A DNA stretch of 64,000 nt from Eledone cirrhosa. Its lineage: Eukaryota. Shown in pieces: positions 57,201 through 64,000 of this stretch (within the stretch, counting starts at the first letter, position 1; every line of letters begins with the position of its first letter). Under the pieces are notes generated by a model. The model saw only the letters and a list, made by a program, of their open reading frames with translations. It searched no databases and was not told the DNA's origin. The DNA lies in assembly GCA_964016885.1 (NCBI GenBank), contig OZ024741.1:135346001-135410000 (forward strand), written 5' to 3'. A program made the position numbers and the translations under genes.

Positions 57201-59629
57201 AACGGGTGCGTGATGCTCGAACCCGAGCGGATGTGTGAAGCTTTTCAGCAGCACTTTGCTGAACTATTCGTGAGCGGCGGCGGCCCGGATCGGGGCATGG
57301 ACTTCAGTGCATACCTCGACGGGCTGACTCGGCTCTCGGCTCTCGGCTCTCAGCACAGTGTTGCGAAAAGCCAATAACAGCCGGTGAAATACGGGAAGCG
57401 ATGGCGAACTGCACAAGAGGTAAATCGCCAGGTTTAGATGGTCTACTCTACGAGCTTTATGCATTTATGCCAGACTTGTTCGGTGACCTCTTGGCAGACG
57501 TCTACTGCAACTGGCAGCAGAACGGGAGCATTCCCAGTTTTGTGAGCCGGGAAGTAGTGGCGCTGCTGAGAAAAGACCCGAACAAGGGGCATGTTATTGA
57601 TAATTCAGGCCCATAACCCTGCTAAACGCAGAGTTCAAGATTTTGGCGAAGGTGTTAGCAACGAGGTTGGCGCTTGTCTTCAATGGTCTGGTGGAACATG
57701 CGCCATTCCGGACAGATCCATACACGACAACCTCCACCTCATGCGATACATCATAGAGAGGGTGGTTAAGGAACCTGGCAAGGGTGGGGCCCTGATCAAC
57801 TTGGATCAATCCAAAGCATTCGATAGGGTCGACCATCGGTACCTGGCGGCGGTCCTCGAGGCAGCCGGTTTCGGGCCCGTTTTCAGGCGTTGGATCGCAG
57901 CAATGTACAGCGACATCTGCTCAGTTGTGAGGGTGAACGGTCACCTGTCGCAGCCGTTCAGCATCATGCGCTCAGTCCGCCAGGGTTGTCCCCTCTCGTC
58001 CCTCTTGTATGTATTGGCTCTCGAGCCGTTACTGCACAAACTAGGGGCGATGAGGGGCGTCCCATGCGAACTAGGATGCGGGAAATCCGAGTCGGCTTAC
58101 GCTGACGGGGTTACCGTGGTGGTGTCGAGCACCAGACACGTCCAGATGCTCGGCACCGCTCTCAAGGAATACGAAGCGGTGACAGGAGCAAAGATAAACC
58201 AGGAAAAGTCGGTGGGCTTGCAGCTAGGCACCTGGAGAGGCAAGTCTATGCCGTCCGACAGCGTCGTGGGGCGTTGGACGGACGGACCGGTTAAATTGCT
58301 CGGGGTCTGGTTCGGACCGGACCTCCAGATGGAGAAAGACTGGAACGAGGTGACGAGCAGGGTGGCCTCCCTCACCCAGAAATGGGCTGAGAGGAAGCTG
58401 TCCCTAAAAGGCCGGGCGGAAGTGGCGATTGCGTACATCGCATCCGTCATCTGCTACCGTCTCACAGTCATCCCTTGCTCCAGCCCAACCCTCACCAAAA
58501 TGGAGCGCCCCCTCTTCCGCTTTTTGTGGAAGGGACGCGCTCCCATGGTCAGACGATCCATCTGCTGTCAACACCCGTTGCGTGGAGGACTGGGCATGCC
58601 ATGGCTGATGATGCGCAAACATGCGCTGAGGCTGCGACATCTCTGGTGCTTCCTAGATGGTGAACGGGTGTGGTCACCGTTCGCCAGGCACATTTTTCCA
58701 CAGCTCGTCTCCTTGACGGAGCTGCAGTCCTGGGTCAGAAAAAGACCGAGAGATAGCGCTTGGAAACTGGAATGTCTCCAGGCGCTCACTGCCCTCTCCC
58801 AGTTGGGCACCAGTATCGGTGGAACATCCACCTCGGCGTTCTATAGAGGACTAGTGGAGGGGAAGAGCGACGACATTCTCGGAGAGATCCTGGGCGTCGA
58901 AGAAGATCAGCTGTTTGCTCTCTTCCGGAGAACTTTCAGCCCGGGGCCTATGGATAACTTCCAAAAATCCCTGGCCTGGCAGTGCTACCGGGGAGCGCTG
59001 CCGGTTCGAGATAAGCTCTACAGGCACCGAAATGCCGTCAGCCGAGCCTGTCCGAAATGCGCGCATAGCGACGAAACTGTTGTGCACGCACTCGTTCAGT
59101 GCCCGAGCATTGCTGACTTGTGGAGCTATGTCGAACAGTTGCTGTCACGTGTCGGACTGATCCGGTTGTCGACTGAGTCCATTGTGCAGATGGTCTCGCC
59201 GTCTTCCTTTGAGGAGGAAGGGCAGGCGGTTTTCATCTGCCTGGTGGCCATGGCGAAAGAGATTGTGTGGTGGACAAGGTTAAAAGGATTAAAGACAAAC
59301 ACTTTCCAAACGGGACCACTCTGAATATACGTCTGTAGTTTGAGAGATGGAAAAATTGAGAGAGGGCACTTGCCCTGGTAGTCATGGTGGCCGTGGTCTT
59401 TTGTGTGGTTTTCGCCACGAGTAACCTTCGGAGGTTTCCCCCCTATTGGGGAATTTCTCATTGTTTCAATTTTCATTTTATTGTTTATATATATATATGT
59501 TTTATGTCTTTTTTTCTTTTCTTATATAAATAATAAAAAATATTTACACGCACAAAACCCACATCGTACCGTCCTGTTCCGTCTTTGATGTTTTTCTTGA
59601 TGTCAGCCCTTGTGGCCAATAAAGAAATC
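54210..59629 (+). mobile_element. Tx1-like LINE, near full length, frameshifted
   Basis: ORF1 remnants at 54490-56020; APE at 56057-56800 (INARGL, VYAP, GDWN, TWT, LDRV, TDH, WKLN); RT (KSPGLDG, LDQSKAFDRVDH, VRQGCPLS, YADG); (TTA)n tail. Confidence 0.93.
56057..59324 (+). pseudogene. Tx1-like ORF2 (APE endonuclease + RT + CCHC), split by frameshifts, YADD>YADG
   Basis: ORF pieces 56283-57377, 57401-57616 and 57591-59324. Confidence 0.92.
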
Positions 59630-59645
59630 ATTATTATTATTATTA

Positions 59646-59697
<52 letters not shown>

Positions 59698-60041
59698 CAA
59701 CATCTTCAACATCATCATCATCATCATCATCATTAGATGATGGTTTTTTTTATGAGAAGAGAAAATTACCTCCTGGAAATCAACTTTCGTTAATTATCTG
59801 AAAGTAAAGGAGACTGATTTCTTAGCCTATTATCTCCTATAGCTCAGCTGTTTCCCGACCGGTAGTTTTCTCAATACCGCCTATTGTTTTGCTCGTGTCA
59901 AAACTCAGTAGGCTTGCATAGTATGTAACAAAAGAAACGATTGAACGAATCGGATATCAATCGCACCTGCCTTATTTCTCCTTCTTCCGCTCTAATTCAC
60001 CTCTTCCACATAACCATTTTCTCCGCCCCCACACACATAAA

Positions 60042-60085
<44 letters not shown>

Positions 60086-60158
60086 ATATATCTCTTCCAG
60101 TTATTTTCTGTGCAGGCAAACGGAGTTTCCGTATTTTTCTAGTAATTTATGGTAGAGG

Positions 60159-60211
<53 letters not shown>

Positions 60212-60270
60212 TATTCATATCCCACTTGGCATATAGGAATCAAACATAATAGTTAGTTGCTATATTATTT

Positions 60271-60323
<53 letters not shown>

Positions 60324-60561
60324 GCGAGTGTGGTGGGTGTAAGAGTACATATATGCATGTATATGTATATGTGTAGATGTATTTATATATATATATATAT
60401 ATAGATAGATAGATAGCTAGATACATCTCTCTCTCTCTCTCTCTCTCTGTATATCTAGATATATATATATCTCTCTCTCTCTATATATATATATATATAG
60501 AGAGAGAGAGATTGAAAAGAGCAAGAGAGACATCAATGTAGACCTATCTATCAAATACTTA

Positions 60562-60746
60562 TTTCTCTTTTCGGCACAAGGCCAGCAAATACCCAGTACA
60601 TTACTGGTACTTTATTTTATCGACCCCGTAAGGATGAATGACAAAGTTAACCTCGGCGGGATTTGAACTCAGATCATAAAGGGACGTAACTCTATGCTGC
60701 AAAGCATGGTGTCCGACTCTCTACCGATACTGCCAATCCACCGCCA
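60562..60746 (-). mobile_element. tRNA-derived SINE (family of 25722)
   Basis: Reverse complement of the A-box, B-box, core and tail. Confidence 0.88.
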
Positions 60747-61046
60747 TATCAATCAAATACTGAATCCCGATAAGGAATGATGGCCTTCCAGGTCCTCATC
60801 TTCCCAACTCCCCAAAGAATATCCAATATCGAGCTGTTTTTTTTATTTTGACCACACGTCTTTATGTAGCTTTCGTATCGTTCTTTTTCATCCTCCATTC
60901 CATATTCCTCTTATTTCAAGAACATTTGCAATATGGCTTCCCCTTACATCTCATATATCGGTTTATAGCAGAAAGTAATTAATTATTAATAGCAATAGGT
61001 TCCCTCCTTCCCCCATTTTGTCGCATGACCACACTCATCTACTTTC

Positions 61047-61087
<41 letters not shown>

Positions 61088-63382
61088 TTGTGAGCAGGCA
61101 CAGCAACAGACTGATTTGAGTATCACAGTTGAAACTCTTAAGGGGCAAGCCAAAAAACTAACCAACTGGAAATCACCAGGCCCAGATGGTGTGCAGGGGT
61201 ATTGGATTAAACATTTAACATCCCTCCACCCGAAGCTGACGGCCATGTTCAATGACTGCTTGGTGTCGGGTGAGGTGCCAGAGTGGTTGACAAAAGGCAC
61301 CACAGTTCTGATAATGAAAGACCGAATCAAGGGTAATGATGTTACCAACTATAGACCTATCACATGTCTGCCCGTAATGTGGAAACTGTTGACGAGCATT
61401 GTGTCTGAGGAAATCTACCATCACCTCCACACAAACAACTTGTTGCCGGACGAACAGAAAGGATGCCGAAAGAAGTCACGTGGTACAAAGGACCAGTTGC
61501 TTATTGATAAGATGGTAATGGGGAATTGCAGGAGGAGACACACTGATCTTGCCATGGGATGGATAGACTACAGAAAGGCATTTGACATGGTGCCTCATTC
61601 CTGGATCACCAAAAGCCTGGAGATCTTCAGGGTGGCAGATAACATCAGACAGTTGCTGGGCAGGAGTATGGGGTCCTGGGAGACAGAGTTGACATCAACT
61701 GGAGTATCCTTGGGAAGCGTGAAGATCAAGAGAGGTATCTTCCAGGGAGATAGCCTGTCCCCTCTGTTGTTTGTCCTTGCCCTGATGCCCTTGACCATTA
61801 TGCTGCGAAAAGTGAGAGCAGGATACAAGTTGGGAAGGGGAGAGCTTACCATCAATCACCTCCTCTTCATGGACGATCTTAAGCTCTTCGGGAAAAGTGA
61901 GAAGGAGTTGGATGTGCTTGTTGACACTGTCCGTATTTTCAGCAGTGATATATGTATGCAGTTTGGTATTGGTAAATGTGGAGTCATTGTGATGAGGAGG
62001 GGTAGGTTGAGCAGAAGTAACGGGATCCAGATACCAACAGGTGAGATGATAAAGGAAATTGACTCTGAGGAAGGATACAAGTATTTGGGCGTTCTGGAGG
62101 CTGATGGCATAAAGAACAAAAAAATGAAGGAATTGTTAAGAACTGAATACATTCGGAGAGTAAGGAGCGTATTGAAGTCACATCTGAACAGCAGAAATGC
62201 CATAAGCGCAGTAAATTCCCGAGCTGTGTCTATTATTAGGTACAGTGCGGGAATTCTGAGATGGAATGTTGCTGAACAAAAAGAAATGGATAGGAAGACT
62301 AGGAAGCTATTGACTATCTACAACATGTTCCACAAGAGGAGTGATGTCGATAGACTCTACCTAAGGAGATCTGAGGGTGGAAGAGGTCTTATCAGCATAG
62401 AGGACTGTGTTCAGATGGAGAAAAACAACCTATACAAATACGTGACCTATAGTAAGGAGCCAATGCTCAGAGCTGTACTGAAGGAGGGGACAGTAGGCCA
62501 GGGGATACCCAAGGAGGAAATAACATCAAGGAGGAAGAGCAGCCTTAAGGGAAAATCCCTTCATAGTACCTTCTTTGAGAAAACTGAATTTAGAGATCCA
62601 CAGACATGGAACTGGTTGAGAAGAGGAGACCTCAAAAAGGCTACAGAAGGAATGCTAATGGCTGCGCAGGAGCAGGCCCTCAAAACAAAGTGGTTGAAGC
62701 ACCATATCTACAAGGAGGAGGCTAGCCCACTGTGCAGGATCTGTGGAGAGAGAGAGGAGACTGTGGCTCACATTGTGTCCGAGTGTAAACACCTAGCCCA
62801 GACCCACTATAAGGGCTGGAGACACGATGTGATGGGCACGGTGATCCACTGGCACCTGTGCAAAGTAAACAATCTACCACATTCTGAGAAATGGTATGAG
62901 CATAGGCCAGAGGCGGTGATGGAGAACAGTCAGGTGAAGGTGCTGTGGGATTTTAGGATACAGACGGACAAAAAACTGGAACACAATAGACCTGACCTGG
63001 TGGTTGTGGACAAAGAAAAAAGATCGTGCCTGATTGTGGATGTGGCCTGCCCGTTCGACACGAGAGTGCAAGAGAAGGAGAGGGAGAAAATTAACCGATA
63101 CCAGGACCTAAAGTGGGAGGTGAAAAGGATTTGGAACTGCCATGAAGTCAAAGTGATCCCGATTGTCATAGGCGCACTGGGGACTATCTCCAAAGGTTTC
63201 CAGGGATGGTTAAAGAAAATCGGCCCCTTCACGCTTTTTGGAACGCTTCAAAAGGCATGCTTGCTTGGAACGGCAAGAACCCTCCGATACGTCCTGAATA
63301 TCTGAGGCTGCAGGTAGTGGCTTGATATTCAATCCAACGGACTTTCCAGTTAACCAACATCAATGACTGAGATTCAAGGAAT
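61088..63382 (+). mobile_element. 5'-truncated, young Dong/R4-like element in (TAA)n
   Basis: (TAA)n at 61047-61086 and ~63381-63403; 3' UTR shared with three other copies in the window. Confidence 0.95.
61116..63305 (+). CDS. RT + CCHC zinc knuckle + restriction-like endonuclease (R4/Dong clade), uninterrupted 729 aa
   Basis: [77 protein letters not shown]. Confidence 0.96.
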   Translation: MSITVETLKGQAKKLTNWKSPGPDGVQGYWIKHLTSLHPKLTAMFNDCLVSGEVPEWLTKGTTVLIMKDRIKGNDVTNYRPITCLPVMWKLLTSIVSEEIYHHLHTNNLLPDEQKGCRKKSRGTKDQLLIDKMVMGNCRRRHTDLAMGWIDYRKAFDMVPHSWITKSLEIFRVADNIRQLLGRSMGSWETELTSTGVSLGSVKIKRGIFQGDSLSPLLFVLALMPLTIMLRKVRAGYKLGRGELTINHLLFMDDLKLFGKSEKELDVLVDTVRIFSSDICMQFGIGKCGVIVMRRGRLSRSNGIQIPTGEMIKEIDSEEGYKYLGVLEADGIKNKKMKELLRTEYIRRVRSVLKSHLNSRNAISAVNSRAVSIIRYSAGILRWNVAEQKEMDRKTRKLLTIYNMFHKRSDVDRLYLRRSEGGRGLISIEDCVQMEKNNLYKYVTYSKEPMLRAVLKEGTVGQGIPKEEITSRRKSSLKGKSLHSTFFEKTEFRDPQTWNWLRRGDLKKATEGMLMAAQEQALKTKWLKHHIYKEEASPLCRICGEREETVAHIVSECKHLAQTHYKGWRHDVMGTVIHWHLCKVNNLPHSEKWYEHRPEAVMENSQVKVLWDFRIQTDKKLEHNRPDLVVVDKEKRSCLIVDVACPFDTRVQEKEREKINRYQDLKWEVKRIWNCHEVKVIPIVIGALGTISKGFQGWLKKIGPFTLFGTLQKACLLGTARTLRYVLNI

Positions 63383-64000
63383 AACAATAATAATAATAAT
63401 AATATCATAATGGTGTTCACATCTCAGGAATATGGAGGTACAACTGCTGATGCAGCAGAAACTCATGGTTTCCACTTTAGACACAAGGCCAGCATTATGT
63501 TTTTGTGGTTGGCCGATTAAATCACTCCCACTACTTGACCGGGAGAAGGTGCGTTGCCTAATAGTTAGTGTGTTTGACTTGCGATCATAATTTCGTGTAG
63601 ATCATAATGTTGTGGGTTCGATTCATAGACCGGGTTGTATGTTGTATTATAGGCAACACACTTCATTTCACGTTGCTCAAGTATACTTAGCTAAAAATGA
63701 ACACCAGCTGCAGCAGGAGGTTCAACTCTGCAATAGACAGGCGTCTTGTCCAGGGGAAATCTTGTACTCTCAGTCGCTTAACACCAATGGAACCGGGATT
63801 ATCACCGGCCTAATGACAGATTTTAGACGCTTTTCTTTGACTTCACTGATGTTATTTTATCGACCACTGAAAGAAAAAAAGTCAAAATTGTCTTCAGTAT
63901 GATTTAACTCATGATATATGATAATAATTATGAGAGTATTTTCAATACAATAGAAACAACAACAAAACAAAAGCTGACATGCAGAACAGTGCTCAATAAT

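Noticed and set aside
60400-60512. Palindromic (CT)n-(TA)n-(GA)n block
   Set aside because: Symmetry is explained by simple repeats alone.

Overview
Eukaryotic, AT-rich, repeat-saturated DNA with no recognisable host gene. The repeat content resembles an octopus/cephalopod genome (inference only). Almost all short ORFs in the track are artefacts of (TA)n/(CA)n/(TAA)n microsatellites. Bases 1-35.4 kb are a (TA)n landscape filled with Penelope-like elements (PLEs; RT + GIY-YIG, Neptune-like), their solo or inverted terminal pieces, and many hammerhead ribozyme (HHR) motifs that can be folded by eye. Bases 36.8-63.4 kb are a (TAA/TTA)n landscape filled with Dong/R4-like RLE LINEs, Tx1-like LINEs and tRNA-derived SINEs. 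Highlights: (1) a near-perfect 12-copy, 310-bp head-to-head array with one type I HHR per unit, which looks like a non-LTR retrozyme; (2) a 108-bp-arm inverted repeat with about 30 mismatches, all A-to-G on one strand, consistent with an ADAR-hyperedited RNA hairpin written back into DNA; (3) an HHR with a U3:A8 variant core; (4) a shared 3' ACTC..TTGAGTRC stem-loop across otherwise unrelated PLE termini; (5) a SINE that shares its 3' end and target with the Tx1-like LINE. Coordinates and counts were read by eye and may be off by a few bases.
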